A stretch of 64,000 nt of DNA from Octopus vulgaris (lineage: Eukaryota): positions 15,190,001-15,254,000 of the forward strand of contig OX597825.1 in assembly GCA_951406725.2 (NCBI GenBank). The letters run 5' to 3'. The first letter of the stretch is position 1, and each line of letters begins with the position of its first letter. The notes beneath the pieces are model-generated. The model was not told the DNA's origin, made no database searches, and worked only from the letters and a program-made list of their open reading frames with translations. Below, piece after piece: positions 27,015-41,044 of the stretch. A program made the translations under genes and the position numbers.

Positions 27015-28933
27015 CATGTATATCTGTTTATCCTATAGATATGCTATTATTCATATTTATGCTATAATGCTGTTCTCATACACTAAAATAATGGCGTACT
27101 TTATCATAGTATAAATATATATTACTATGCAATGCTCTTTAAATATAGGTCTATATACATTTATACAATAGATATATTACTCTGCATAATTATATTGTAA
27201 ATATACTTAAATACTTCTGTAGAATCATAGATGATAGAATCGGAAAAAAGCAAGTAGCAATATCTATTGTTAGTTTAGTTGTTCCTAGGGGCGGGGGGCA
27301 ACTGGCTGACTCCTTAGTACGCTCGGCTTTATATTTTGAATTCAAATTCAACTGAGGTCTACGTTGGCTTATTTTATTATTTTTTTTTTTGAGAGTCATA
27401 GATTCAGCACTGAGGTTGATGTTATCAACAATTTCCCTCCCACGAAATTTCACTCCTTTATGTATAAGAGAAATGATTAATCAGCCAAATTGCTTAGTGG
27501 CATTCCGTCCGTCTTCACATTCTGAGTTCAAATTTCGTTGACGTTCAATTGTCCTTTCATCCTTCCGAAGCCAATTACCATCAAAAACTGCCGACCTTGT
27601 TTCTAAATTTGAAAAGATTATTTAATTGTCCATTTAATTTGTTTGTTAAAATTTGGACGTGAAGATAGACACTATGTTTCGCCTTTCTAAAGTTAATAAC
27701 TTACATTTTATTTTAGATATTGCTATGAATTAGCAAATTGAGAAGGATCGATATAACTAATCGATAACAAACTTGAAGTTGGTGCCCACGCATATTTCTA
27801 ATCCTGTATCAGAATGAAAGTATGGTTTACATAATTATACTATTTTTTATTTCCACCACTAATTTTGTTTAAACTTATTTAGTCCGTATTTATCAGTATT
27901 ACTTTTAAGCGTTGCATATGTCATATCATTTCCAACTCACCAACAGATTAAACTACCAATTATGTTAGAAATGGCCATAAACAGCAAATAATGTAAAACA
28001 CACACAAAAAAAGACACGTAGAATTTATTTATAAGACCTAAAATATACATAAAATGAGGAAAAGCAATAAATAGTGACAACTACAGGCCTCATGTCACAT
28101 ACACCCTCGCACGGTCATTACAGGAGGCCACAGATATCATAATATAACAATGCATGAAGTAACAGAGAAAATAATCAACCGGCAAATGTCACGAACCGAC
28201 ACACAAAAAATAATATTATATATCAAATAGAAGAATGGAAGTATGAAATAAATGTATAATAGAAAAGTATAAATAACCTGACTCAAAACACCATGTATGT
28301 GTATGTGTGCGTATGTGAATGGGTGTTTTGCATGTGTATGCGTTTGTGTGTGTGGTGTAAAATTGGTAAAATAAAAACCTTTTATTACGAAGTCATAATA
28401 ATTATTATAGTCGAATAAATATTGCATACAATGATATTTCGAACAAATAGATTAAAAGAGATTTAAAATCATTGTTTCCAACACATCCGTAATATTAGTC
28501 ACTATGTTGCTGGCCAATGTTTCAAAACAAAATAAAAAAATCCAAACAAAAAAAAAAAAAAAAACTATAGCAAAAAACATAACTCAACTCCAATGCGCAT
28601 AGCTCTAGAAAAATTAAAATCTACAAAGTTACATCTAAGAGACAGGAGCACTATAATTATCGGCGAAAAAGATAAAATTTGAAAAAACAGAAAAATCATA
28701 GATGTTTTCCTTCTTTTGTGTTTATCTTTGCCTCTGATTGTATTTTCAACTGAAACAGACTTTTAGCACGAGTATATTTTTGCTAATGGACTTTAATACA
28801 GAGTCAAAAGATCATAGCTAATTGCTATAAAATATATTGCGCCATTGTTCATCATAGATGGCCACACATACATATTTACTATACATATATATATATATAT
28901 ATACATGTCTGTGCGTATAGATATAGATATACA

Positions 28934-28977
<44 letters not shown>

Positions 28978-29011
28978 TGTATATATATATATCTATACGC
29001 ACAGACATGTT

Positions 29012-29043
<32 letters not shown>

Positions 29044-29076
29044 CATATATGTATATATATATCTATACACACAGAC

Positions 29077-29122
<46 letters not shown>

Positions 29123-29152
29123 GAGTTTAGTATGTAGTGTGTATGCATATGA

Positions 29153-29209
<57 letters not shown>

Positions 29210-29545
29210 AGCATTTAATTTTTTACAGATATACATAATTGTATGCGACTCAAGTATATGTAATAATGAGTGGCTAATATGTTGTAAGGTTTTAATTGTG
29301 AGAAAAATATGCGTCTGTTAATAATATTTCTATAACCATTGTCTGAAATTTCAAAACAAAAGATATACTAGTACAAAATTATATATACACATATAAAAAC
29401 ACATACAGGCGTCGCCATTGTAAGTATGCATATACATACATCCACACTCGTATATATGTGTGTAGATATGTGTGTGTGTACATATTTCCCTGACTCTTCC
29501 TTTTATCCGTCTCCTTTGCGCTCTCTTTATACGTACATGTATTCA

Positions 29546-29576
<31 letters not shown>

Positions 29577-30211
29577 TTATATATATGTGTGTCTGTTTGT
29601 GCGTGTATGCGTACAATATGAACACCCACACAGATACACATACACGTATATTTATACATATATATAGACCGGTAAATAGATACACATATATACAGCTATA
29701 TACACTATCTATACGTACATATTCGTATGCATGTATATATATATATATATATACACACATATATATTATGTATATAAACACACACACATATATACATACA
29801 TATTTATATACATATACATACATATACATACATATATATACATACATTCATATATGTACGTGCATACATATATATATATATATATATTACTTAGTTTCTT
29901 AGTTGCTTAGTTGCTTAGCTGTACAATATATAAGAGATAGTAAACTTCAGGAAAAACAAAAGCTTTCTAGCCATAATTTTTTTTACCATTTATTTCTGTA
30001 TTAATATTTGCTTGTGTTTTTTTTTTTTTTTTGTTTTGTTGCATATTGATTTGTTATTTATTTATTATGTTATTTACTCAGCCAATCAAACAAAAGTATA
30101 TTTCTTATCTCCGAAAGAGGTGATATGATAAAAACAAAAAAAAAAAAAACCTTTAAATTCTACTAACAGTAAGTACATCACAATGTAACGTAAGCAGATA
30201 TGCAGCTTCTG

Positions 30212-30340
30212 TTATTATTACTATCATTATTATTATCATTATTTTTATTATTATTATTATTATCATTATTTTTATTATTATTATTATTATCATTATTATT
30301 ATTATTATTATCATCATTATTATTATCATTATTATTATTA

Positions 30341-30428
<88 letters not shown>

Positions 30429-30500
30429 CATCATCATCATCATCATTATTATTATTATTATTATTATTATCATTATTATTATCTATCATTATTATTATTA

Positions 30501-30546
<46 letters not shown>

Positions 30547-30625
30547 TATTATCATCATCATCATCATTATTATTATCATTATTATTATCATTATTATTAT
30601 TATCATCATCATCATCATTATTATT

Positions 30626-30714
<89 letters not shown>

Positions 30715-30732
30715 CATCATCATCATTATTAT
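30212..30732. repeat. (ATT)n/(ATC)n microsatellite
   Basis: Directly visible. Confidence 0.98.
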
Positions 30733-30961
30733 TGTTGTTCTCGTTGTTTTGTTATTGCCGTTGATGTTGCTTTTGTTGTGGTGTACGTTTTCAAAGTGTT
30801 ACTTGAAAGAGTTTTTTTGTATTTACTGTTGTTTATAAGAGTACGTGATGTGTAAATGGGAGCCGATGCATAGACAACAGTTATGGTATGACAACGTGTG
30901 GAACGTTAGGCGTTCCTTTGAAGAATGTGTGTATATGCTTGTGAGCGTATACGTCTGTGTG

Positions 30962-30996
<35 letters not shown>

Positions 30997-31327
30997 ACAA
31001 ATGCAGGCGATTTGTGTCACGTTAAAGAATATGTAATTCATTTCTATCACGCTTTTGTTTTGTTGATTCAAATATAAATGTGATGGAGACATTAGCGTAT
31101 ATCCCAGTGGAAGAGCTAGTTACATACAATCTGGTGAGGTGTGTTTATTTGTTCACGTACTTAAAATCGTTATCAATTACCTAGAAGGTAGTAAGTTTGT
31201 GCTTGAATGGAATAACTTTACAATGAAGATATGTGTGGATATGTGTGTGTGTGTGTGGTGTATATATATATATATATATATACTCACATATATATATACA
31301 CAAATAAAGATATGTATGCATATATGC

Positions 31328-31379
<52 letters not shown>

Positions 31380-31383
31380 ATTG

Positions 31384-31456
31384 ATATATAGATAGGCAGA
31401 CAGACAGATGATAGATAGATAGTTAGATAAATAGATAGATAGATAGATAGATATAT

Positions 31457-31499
<43 letters not shown>

Positions 31500-31582
31500 G
31501 ATAGAGAAATAGATATATAAATAGATAGAGAGATAGACAGATAGGTAGAGATAGATAGATAGATAGATAGATAGACAGACAT

Positions 31583-31651
<69 letters not shown>

Positions 31652-31729
31652 CAGCCATATAGATAGATAGATAGAAATATAGATAGATAGACAAACAGAC
31701 ATATAGATAGATAGATAAATAGATAGTAA

Positions 31730-31799
<70 letters not shown>
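31384..31799. repeat. (GATA)n then (GA)n microsatellite
   Basis: Directly visible. Confidence 0.98.
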
Positions 31800-31802
<3 letters not shown>

Positions 31803-32523
31803 TTAATCTCTACACTTTAAACATACGAAGAAATGAAACGGCAAGTATGTTTCAACTTGGGCGGAATAAGTACACAACCCACCTTCATGTATTTAGTACA
31901 TTATCTCTCCTGGTTCTTCAGTAAACTTTAAGGACATACAAGTATGGATGTATGTGTTTATGTACATGCAGGGCGTCCGTATTTGATCGCTATAAAAGAA
32001 ACATCACACGTCATGTAAGTGCAGAATATCTGATAAAAAGTTATTGTGAAAGTCTTCACTTCAAGAAAACGCACAGGCACACATATCCCCCACACACACA
32101 CACACACGCTCTCTCTCTCACACACACACATACACACACACACACACACACACGCACACACAAACACATGCATTTGTGTATGTAACTTTGTGTATTGTCG
32201 GACGTGAATGTTTCATTGCTGAATGTTGAGACATTGATCACTTTTAATCGGTCGCTGACGTCGCTTTGGCACCAGTTTCCCTACAAGGAGACATGTGGAA
32301 AGTAAATGCTGCAAAACATCTTTCACTACCTTTTAGTAAACCTGTTAATCAACTGCCTCTTGTGAATACCATTTTTAAGAAATAGAAAAAAATGAATGCT
32401 GACGACAATGCAAGTACTGAGTCGACACAATCATGGTGTGTCATTTAACACGTCGATTTAGCAAAGTTTTCATACATAAATACAAATATACATATATGTA
32501 TGCTCGTATGTGCATTCTTATAT

Positions 32524-32686
32524 ATCACGTGATCACATGACCGACCAGGCTATCAGATGTTGCTACACATCGCTGGCAACAATGCGCGTCGCATTGTTTT
32601 AGCCTTCAAATGACGCCACCCCGCTGGCTAAGCGAGCAGGCAAACAGAAGAAAGAGTGAGAGAAAGTTGCGGTGAAAGAGTACAGT
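32524..32686 (-). mobile_element. SINE family B 3' part (tail type ii), truncated by a family A element
   Basis: Matches 40142-40305. Confidence 0.85.
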
Positions 32687-32688
32687 AG

Positions 32689-33062
32689 AAATTTGGGGAG
32701 AGGGGGGCAGTCGATTGGATCTACACCAGTACACAACTGGTACTTAATTTATCGACCCTGAAAGGATAAAAGGCGAAGTCGACCTCGGCGGAATTTGAAC
32801 TCAAGACGTAAAGACAAGACGAAATACCAGTTTCTTTACTACCCGCAAGGGGCTAAACACAGAGGGGACAAACAAGGACAGACAAACGGACCAAGTCGAT
32901 TACATCGACCCCAGTGCGTAACTGGTACTTAATTTATCGATCCCGAACGGATGAAAGGCAAAGTCGACCTCAGCGGAATTTGAACTCAGAACGTAAAGAC
33001 AAGACGAATTACCGCTAAGGATTTCACCGAGCGTGCTAACGTTTCTGCCAGCTCGCCGCCTT
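32689..33062 (-). mobile_element. SINE family A dimer
   Basis: Two GTCGACCTC.GCGGAATTTGAACTCA units; head ends GCCAGCTCGCCGCCTT. Confidence 0.9.
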
Positions 33063-33155
33063 GTCTTATAACTTACACCGTGAACAAGATAGAGATAAGT
33101 GACAGTCTCCTACACGTGGCTCTGCAAAGTGATTGCCACAGACTGGATTTAAATA

Positions 33156-34183
33156 CAGTACTGTTCAAAAATATTTGGCCACTTTAAAGTATTGTAAATT
33201 TCTACTAAGTGCCCACATGTAAGTGAATGTTTCTCATTGCCTTTTTTACACATGAAATATTGTCCCTGTTGGAGTCATTTCCATACCTAATCATCATATT
33301 TTGTAGAAGGAGACGTTTCGCTTTCCTGGAGGCCTTCTGACAAATTCTCGCGTATTAGAATGCGAAACAACCCTCATTAAACGACAAAACGGTGAAGTTT
33401 GGGGGTAAGAACCTGGTGTTTTAGGGATGCATAAAAAATGATGGTTCAAGAAAGTTGTTTAAAATTGACGGCGAATTGAATAGTGTCAAATACATCCAGT
33501 TGCTGAAGGACAATTCGATACCAGACTTGGATGAAGGTGAGGTTTTTTTTTCAGCATGACGGAGCTCCGAGCCACAGACCGCGTGCAACACAACAGAGAC
33601 TGTCTGGTGAAGGTGTTACCGAATCGGAAGATTGGCCAACTCAGAGCCCTGACTTAAATATCATCGAGCAAATCTTGATAGAACCAAAGAGAAGAGTTTG
33701 TCAGAAGAAAGTGCGCTCTCTTGAAGAGTTGTGGGAGCTCAGCCACAGAGAAGGGCATCTCATACCTGTGAAGATGACGAAGGGTTTTTACGCATCTCTT
33801 CCCAGACGCATTGAAGCAATTATTAAAGCTAAGGGTAGCCATACGAAATATTGACAATGTACAGCAACTTCTTGAAATGAACGATAATTAATAAATTTTC
33901 ATTATAGACGGTACTTAGCTAATACTCTGTTTTAAAGCACTGTACTTTGATTGGTTTATGTGAGACGGCCGAAATCTTTTGCACGGCCATGTTGGTGGTC
34001 ATCTCGCCTCTTACCCTCTCATTCAGAATTCCTACTACAAAACATAATGATTTGGTATGGAGGTGACTCCAACAGGGCCAATGTTTCATCTGTAAAAAAA
34101 CCGGATGCGAAACTACTTATATGTTGGCAATTACTAGAAATTTAAAATATTTTTAAGTGGCCGAAGAATTTTGCACGGTATTG
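33156..34183 (+). mobile_element. Internally deleted Tc1-family DNA transposon
   Basis: TA flanks; imperfect TIRs CAGTACTGTTCAAAAATATTTGGCCACTT / AAGTGGCCGAAGAATTTTGCACGGTATTG; transposase remnant inside. Confidence 0.9.
33385..33854 (+). pseudogene. Tc1 DD34E transposase C-terminal remnant
   Basis: KTVKFGG...FQHDGAPSH...WPTQSPDLNIIE...KAKGSHTKY, with a stop and a frameshift. Confidence 0.9.
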
Positions 34184-34833
34184 TAGTAGGTAATATAAGG
34201 AAAAAGGTACGGCAGATCTTTCATGTTTTTTATGGCATCAATACTGTGTTCTGAGGAAGGATGTGTATTTCTGAATGAATAGAAATCCTGATGGTAACCA
34301 CTAACCACCTTCGGAAAACCGTCAAGATAAAATCAGAGAACAACATGGTTTGTGCTGATGTAGATATGATATTCAGTTAGAATGCAGGAATTGTATAATG
34401 TAAGCACCAGGCGAGGAGAAATAGTGAAATTCGTGAATATGTACATAAATATATACAATAACACCATACGCCTTCTCAAACGCTAGTTGCTGACGTCACC
34501 ACAAACAAAACCAATAAAAGTTTCTCTCTAGTCAGAAACAGGCTCACAGAAAAAAACAAATAGTAGATTTTTAAGGGAACCAACCAACTGAAACTTTGGA
34601 TGACCATCTGGCAAAATAGGTTACCGAGTCCCCTACCAGGATGTCCACCAAGCAGAACACTGATATTTTTACAAGCAAAAATCTTTTGACCAAAAGGGAA
34701 AATATTTTTTGTAAAATAAATTGAGGACATGGAACCTACAACTGATCAGAACCTGTTCCTTGACCTTGGTCAACCAGGAACGGACGTCACCAGGAAGCCC
34801 ACCAACCAAGACGTTAGACTTTGCCAAAACAAA

Positions 34834-35675
34834 AATGATTTGACCAAACCATCCACGAGAAAAACAATAAGACGTCATCAAAATTATAACCACACAAAAA
34901 TAGGATTCTTTTCTGTAAAAACATATATATACTGAATTATTTGGACTTATAGCACTTCGAATTCCAACAAACTGTGAAAGTGAAGAGCCAAGTGAACTGA
35001 GAATGAAATTGAAAAAAGAACTTAGACGCATCACAAGAGAAATTGTAAATTTTTTCACTCCATTTTCTTTTCTCTTTTCTCTCTTTTTTAAAAATAAAAT
35101 CTCAGTATGACTGAACTTTCAGTAATGTACATTTATGATCTGCACTTAACATTTATGAGGATATGAATATGATATAAAAATTAAGATGACGAAAATAAGA
35201 TATAAAAATTAAGATGATATAAAAGTTGAGATGATATAAAAACGCAACACAATTTTTCATGTATAATTGCTTATTGATTTAAAAGAGTGATTTTTCAAAT
35301 CATCTCCTTTCCCACTAAAAATGTGTACACCGGAAACAATGTAAAGTTTCATTTTGGCTTTCTTTTTAAACCGGCCTTACATTGTAACTCAATCATTGTA
35401 AATCAGTCATACTGAGATTGTAATTTAAAAAAGGAGAGAAAAAAGAAGAAAAAAAAGGTGGAGAGAAAACAAAATTTACAATTTCTCTTGTGATGTGTCT
35501 AGCTCTTTTTCTATGTGTCATTCTCAGTTCATTTGTCTCTTCACATTCTCAGTTTGTTGGAATTCGAAGTGCTATAAGTCCATATCATTTAGTATATATA
35601 TGTTTTTACGGAAAAAAATCCGATTTTGTGTGGTTATAATTTTGTTTTTCTCGTGGACGGTTTGGTCAAATCATT
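34834..35675. repeat. Inverted repeat: arms 34834-35114 and 35403-35675
   Basis: Readable reverse-complement alignment of about 275 bp. Confidence 0.9.
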
Positions 35676-36057
35676 AGATTCTGTGATTTATTAATATATG
35701 TCTCTGTGAGGTTCATTGATATTTCTGTGAGTATTTGAACACTCGACCGTTTAAACATGCTTCTTCAATTTTTACCTTATCACTTTAAACACTCCTAAAA
35801 GCTTTTGTTTATATATTTACAATTGATAATGAAAAATATTTTTGAATTTGACTTGGTAAATCGAATACAGAATTTAAAAAACGACTACACGTTTTAATAT
35901 TCAAACCCCAAACGAAATTCTGCTATATATTTTCCTACATAGGAATCCACTACTTCTTTCCATATATATATATACATACATATGTTTGTGTGTGTGAGTG
36001 TGTGTTGGTAGGTAGGTATATAGGTATCTAGGTAGGTAGGTATATACGTGCGTATGT

Positions 36058-36425
36058 ATGAATCTTAACTACCTTTTTACGTACACAATTTGTGACAGAC
36101 CACACCTTTATTTTGCTGGGCTCAGATCTAATTTGCAGACCCATGAAAACGAACCTCCGCCAAGTATTCTGCCTATATATCTGTGCACGCCTGTCAATTC
36201 TATGTATGCCATAAGGTTTGCAAATTTAACAGAGGTCTCAAAAGACATTTTAAGTTCCACAGATATCAGAACTTACCTTCAGCTCTTGGTGATCCAAACC
36301 AGATATGCAGTTTATGTGGGTGTCCTTTCAAAACATTGTCTGGTTTAAAAAGCGACATCAGACGCCATGATAGATTAAGTGCAAGAGGTGGCCGAACTCT
36401 TTCTCAGGAGTAGACAACCACCATA
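36058..36425 (+). pseudogene. 3' end of an RTE-like LINE encoding three degenerate C2H2 zinc fingers
   Basis: YTICDRPHLYFAGLRSNLQTH, CQFYVCHKVCKFNRGLKRHFKFH and ICSLCGCPFKTLSGLKSDIRRH in two frames; no TGEKP linkers. Confidence 0.65.
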
Positions 36426-36726
36426 TATAAGAAAAATGTACTGAAATACTTGTTGGAAAAAGAATATATGAAGTAAAATATTTACATAGGGGACAGGTTT
36501 CACTTGTTTTCTTAATCATGACTGAACAGTTAGCGACGGTCTTATAATCCCATGCTACATTAATTAGTTGTAGTTATTAGATGGTGAGAGAACAAATATC
36601 AGTGATTATTGTTATTACAAACATGCCAGGTAATTACTCCTTCTTTATTAATTGAATTAACTATATGAGGGATTAAACTGAGTTGATTAATTGGGTAAAA
36701 CAATGATCAAAATTCATTATGTGGAA

Positions 36727-37115
36727 ATATTGAGGTTTGGTTGATATTTTTCAAAGCATTAAGTCCCTTTAGTTATCTGCTGTTGTTCAGAGATGCATTA
36801 CTCTAAAGAGAATAGCTTGAAGTTTGTTTAGAGATTGGCCCCATACCTATCTATGTGTTTGCTGAGTACCATTTGTCTATGTTTTGGGAAGCAACTTTGT
36901 TCCTGATGCAATGTCGGTGTCCGTCTTCGTGACATTCCCGTTTCTCCTATATAGTTACGGCCGAATCCTGAACAAGTTATAACGTAGATTAAGTTATCGG
37001 ATGCACAAGTAAAATCATTATTTTGAAGCTTTGTCCTTGTTTTTAAATGGAATTCATATTCCAACTCTTAACTGCACAAATACAAAATTATATAGGCGTA
37101 ATTTGGATACCAGTA
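36727..37115 (-). pseudogene. Penelope-like GIY-YIG endonuclease remnant
   Basis: FTCASDNLIYVITCSGFGRNYIGETG...LSKHID, with downstream KYQPNLN typical of a PLE C-terminus. Confidence 0.85.
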
Positions 37116-37562
37116 GAGGCTCGTTGTTTAGTGGTTAGCGGGGCAGCATCATGATCGTAAGATTGTGGTTTCGATTCCTGGACCGGGCGACGCGTTGAGT
37201 TCTTGAGCAAAACACTCCATTTCACGTTGCTCCAGTCCACTCTGCTGGCAAAAAGGAGTAAAGCTGCGATGGACTGGCGTCCCGTCCAGCTGGGGAACAC
37301 ATACGCCATAAAAACCGGGAAACCGGGCCCATGAGCCTGGCTAGGCTTTAAAAGGGCGCATTTATTTATTATAATTTTAGATTATTTATATAACTCTGTA
37401 ATGATTGTTTACACTTCAACTTAAATACTACTTTCAGTACTTCTAATTATAATTCATGCACATCCCTCATTCCAACTCATTCCATATGCCATTGAAACCG
37501 GAAAACCGGGCCCATGAGCCTGGCTAGGCTTTAAAAGGGCGCAATTATTTTTCTTTATTTCA
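37116..37562 (+). mobile_element. tRNA-derived SINE (core-type body, tail iv) with a duplicated tail
   Basis: TSD TAATTTGGATAC(C/T)AGTA at 37099-37115 and 37563-37579; tail CCCATGAGCCTGGCTAGGCTTTAAAAGGGCGC appears twice. Confidence 0.8.
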
Positions 37563-38707
37563 TAATTTGGATACTAGTATATATCTATGTATTCTTGACC
37601 CTTACTAATTCTCTTGTCTAGTGCCCTTTATTACACAATTTCTGAGGCGCGTTATCTCCTATATTATCATTTATATCTCTGTATCCAACGTCAGATGGGT
37701 CGCCGGCAATCTAAAATAATATTTCCCATGAGAGATTTTGAACTCAATACTTGCAGAGTTACATATTTGTCGAAGTTTTGGTATTCGTGCTGCTGTTGTT
37801 TAAAGCTACATTCAGCTATCATATTTTAGCGGAGGCGGTAATTTTATAAGTGTTAAATCCATTATGGCTGTTATTATTTTGAACTCTTTTCTAGTATAAT
37901 TTAGCATCACGTTCAAGAAACAAAGCACAAGCGGGGTCTAAGGTATCTCATTAATCCATTTAAGAGACGCATACATATACATGTAGTTATAATGATTGTG
38001 TTCGCCAGTCTTTCTATGTATGGTTAAAACTAATGATTTATAGTTAATAACACATCTATGCTTTTTTTATTCAAAATTTTCAAATATTAACTACACAATA
38101 ATTCTCTATTGAAAATATGTAAAATTAATTATATAGTGTAGAGTTTGCTTTTCTAAATATACAATGCTGTTATTCAGCAAAATAGTATAAATTTATATAC
38201 TGTCGTCACTTCTATTATTTTCAATGAATAATAAACTATATATCAATGTTATAAAGAATATTCCCATTTCTTCGTTTTTCTGCACTATATGTATGTTTTA
38301 AAATATATCCTAATGCCCCTTAGAAAGTTCATCGTTAATGCTATAAATTCATTTAAATTTTTTGCTCTAGTTTTGTATTTTTTTGCTTTTTTTTTGTTCT
38401 TTTATCGGGTCGAACGATTTCTTTCCACTTTCTTTCTCCTGGCGGTAAGATTTATATCAGTGTAAAAAAAAATTGTCTTGTTAAAAAAGAAGATAAATTC
38501 TAATAAATTGTGTTCCTCTGTGCTCCAATTTGGTTAATACAATTAGACACTGAACAATCTTAACAAAAACAAGCAAAGAAAATATTGAAACTCATAGAAC
38601 GTACTGTATGGAAAAGGTTGCGAAAAATAACGGGAGATGGATATTATGCATTTCTTTTATTTTATGTTTTTAATAACATTTTTGGCTCCTAGGCACATTT
38701 ATACTGA

Positions 38708-38889
38708 AATAAATCACAGAATCTAATGATTCAATTACAATGAAAGAACGGTTTAGAAAAAGAAAATCAAAATGAAATTTTACATTGTTTTGGGTGTACG
38801 CATGTGTAGAGGGAAAGGAGATGATTTGAAAAATCAAACTTTTAAATCAATAAGCAATTATACAAGAACAATTGTGTTGCATTTTTATA
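38708..38889 (-). repeat. Inverted copy of 35235-35397 joined to 35676-35692
   Basis: GGAGATGATTTGAAAAATCA..TAAGCAATTATACA and AATAAATCACAGAATCTAATGATT match by reverse complement. Confidence 0.8.
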
Positions 38890-40141
38890 GTTTCTTTTGT
38901 TATTTAATTCCTGATATCTTCTCACCCAGAAAAAAGAAAAAAAAAGTATAGCCATACTTCCTGAAACTTAGATCAAAGGGTTAGCATAACATTACATTAT
39001 TTTGGAAAGTTTCAATATAAATCTTTAAATTCGGAGTTAAAAGGAAACTAAACTGAACGATAATACAAAAGTCAACTTTGATTCCCTCAATACATTTTTG
39101 GTTTGTCCGTTTGTTTGTTTATACATTTCGATTTTCATTTTCTGCTGGTATTTTTTTTTCTTAATATCATCATAGACTTCCCGATCGATATCGACGAAAG
39201 CTGTTCATACGTATAGTCTAGAGCCATACTATCAGAAGTGGATCACTCTCTTTTATCGAATTTGCCCTCAGATAATCTGATCTAGGAGTAGATATCAATG
39301 CTCGATTCCCTCAAGCTTTAGATCTTACTTTCTCAGCCAGGGTTTATTTTAAATTCTCCTAAAGTTCGCAAGCTGCAAGTATTTGTCTCGGAAATAAAGT
39401 TTTCTCCTTTTTTCTCTCTTTTTGATATGCTGAAACCACAATATCTTTTGCAGCGGCAGTAACTCTTCTATGACAGAAACTTTGGCTATTATTGTATGTT
39501 GACGGTGCTCCTAACCTTCTGTTTCTGAGTCATTCCATTGATCAGTCTTGGTCGTCTTATTCTGAATCTATGTAATTATTTTACCTCTTATATCCATTCC
39601 TCAATCCAGATACTTTTCGCTTAAATTTAAACCTGATTTCTGTTCCACATCGTCCCTTTCAACCTTTTATGCCCCGCTTTTTTCCTGAAATTTAGTTCCT
39701 CACACAGCCTAACGTTCTTATAGGTTCTTTTATCGAGATATAATGCAAATAAACAAATAAAACTGATTGGGTTCGATACACAAAATATATATACATATAC
39801 GCGTAAAAATAGACAGAGCAAAGACTGAAAAAGTTTAGATGATGAATATTCAAGTATATAAATATAGATATTTGAATATGAGAGGTTTTGGTATCCAGAA
39901 GACCAAAAATGGCAGGTAAGGCTATGTAAGTGCTACGGAAGGACCGTATTTAGACTCCCGGTTCGATAATAGTATGAGGAATCTAATGCGGGTTGTGTGT
40001 GAGAATGTATATGTTAAATAAAATGAGACAGCAAAGCAAAGGCAGTGTGAAATTTCTCGGACATTTATAAAGAGAAAGGTAAACTGCCTTGGATTCCTCT
40101 CATTTTATTTAACATATATATATAAATATATATATATATAT

Positions 40142-40450
40142 ATCACGTGATCACGTGACCGACCAGACCATCAGATGTTGCTACACATCGCTGGTCACAA
40201 TGCGCTTCGCATTGTTTTAGCCTTCAAATGACGCCACACCGCTGGCTAAGCGAGCAGGCCAACAAAATAAAGAATGAGAGAAAGTTGTGGTGAAAGAGTA
40301 CAGCAGGGATCACCAGCACCCCTTGCCGGAGCCTCGTGGAACTTTAGGTGTTTTTGCTCAATAAACACTCACAGCGCCCGGGCTGGGAATCGAAACGGTG
40401 ATCCTACGACCGCGAGTTCGCTGCCCTAACCACTGGGCCATCGCGCCTCC
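40142..40450 (-). mobile_element. SINE family B, tail type ii
   Basis: Same head as 4502-4887 but with a tail ending TCACGTGATCACGTGAT. Confidence 0.9.
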
Positions 40451-40472
40451 ACACACACACACATATACACAC

Positions 40473-40579
<107 letters not shown>

Positions 40580-40602
40580 AATATATATTTATATATATAT
40601 AT

Positions 40603-40770
40603 AATTGAAACTGAATAGAAGATCGGAAATCCACCTGACGAATGTCATTTGAAGACATGAAACAATTGTAGTGGCGATTTATTTACTTTATATTAAATTT
40701 TTTTATGTATTGATTAAGTCTTTCCTTGTTTGATTTGCAAAATAGTGGTTTTGTCTCGAATTAATATTAT
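40603..40770 (+). mobile_element. (TA)n-embedded PLE terminal-repeat fragment; end matches about 1878-1935 and 41041-41066 in reverse
   Basis: TAGTGGTTTTGTCTCGAATTAAT versus ATTAGAGATAAAACCA(C/G)TA; contains an HHR. Confidence 0.7.
40631..40674 (+). ncRNA. Canonical minimal type I hammerhead ribozyme
   Basis: CCAC CTGACGA ATGTC-ATTTGAA-GACAT GAA ACAATTGT A GTGG: stems I and II perfect, palindromic stem III, predicted GUA cleavage after 40670. Confidence 0.88.
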
Positions 40771-40993
40771 ATATACATATATATATGCATATATATATAT
40801 ATATATATATATAACTTAGTATAACTTAGAAAGGTTTTGGCCAGTATTGGCCCAGGCCATGTCTAACTTAATAGCACCACCTGGCGAAGTCTTTCAATTC
40901 AGGATTTGGGCACCAAGGCCCATTGGAGCAGAGAGATATTGTTTGCGGAGACATATCCGGGTGTGGGTGGTTTGTCCGGGACTGTTTGAAGGA

Positions 40994-41044
<51 letters not shown>

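Noticed and set aside
39160-39500. Possible RTE RT remnant (AFVDIDRE) on the minus strand; similar weak hints at 42830-43050 and 62450-62540
   Set aside because: Too degenerate to support by eye.
40812-40995. TA-flanked segment with CTGGCGA and a following stem
   Set aside because: No GAAA or stem III follows, so it is not called a hammerhead.
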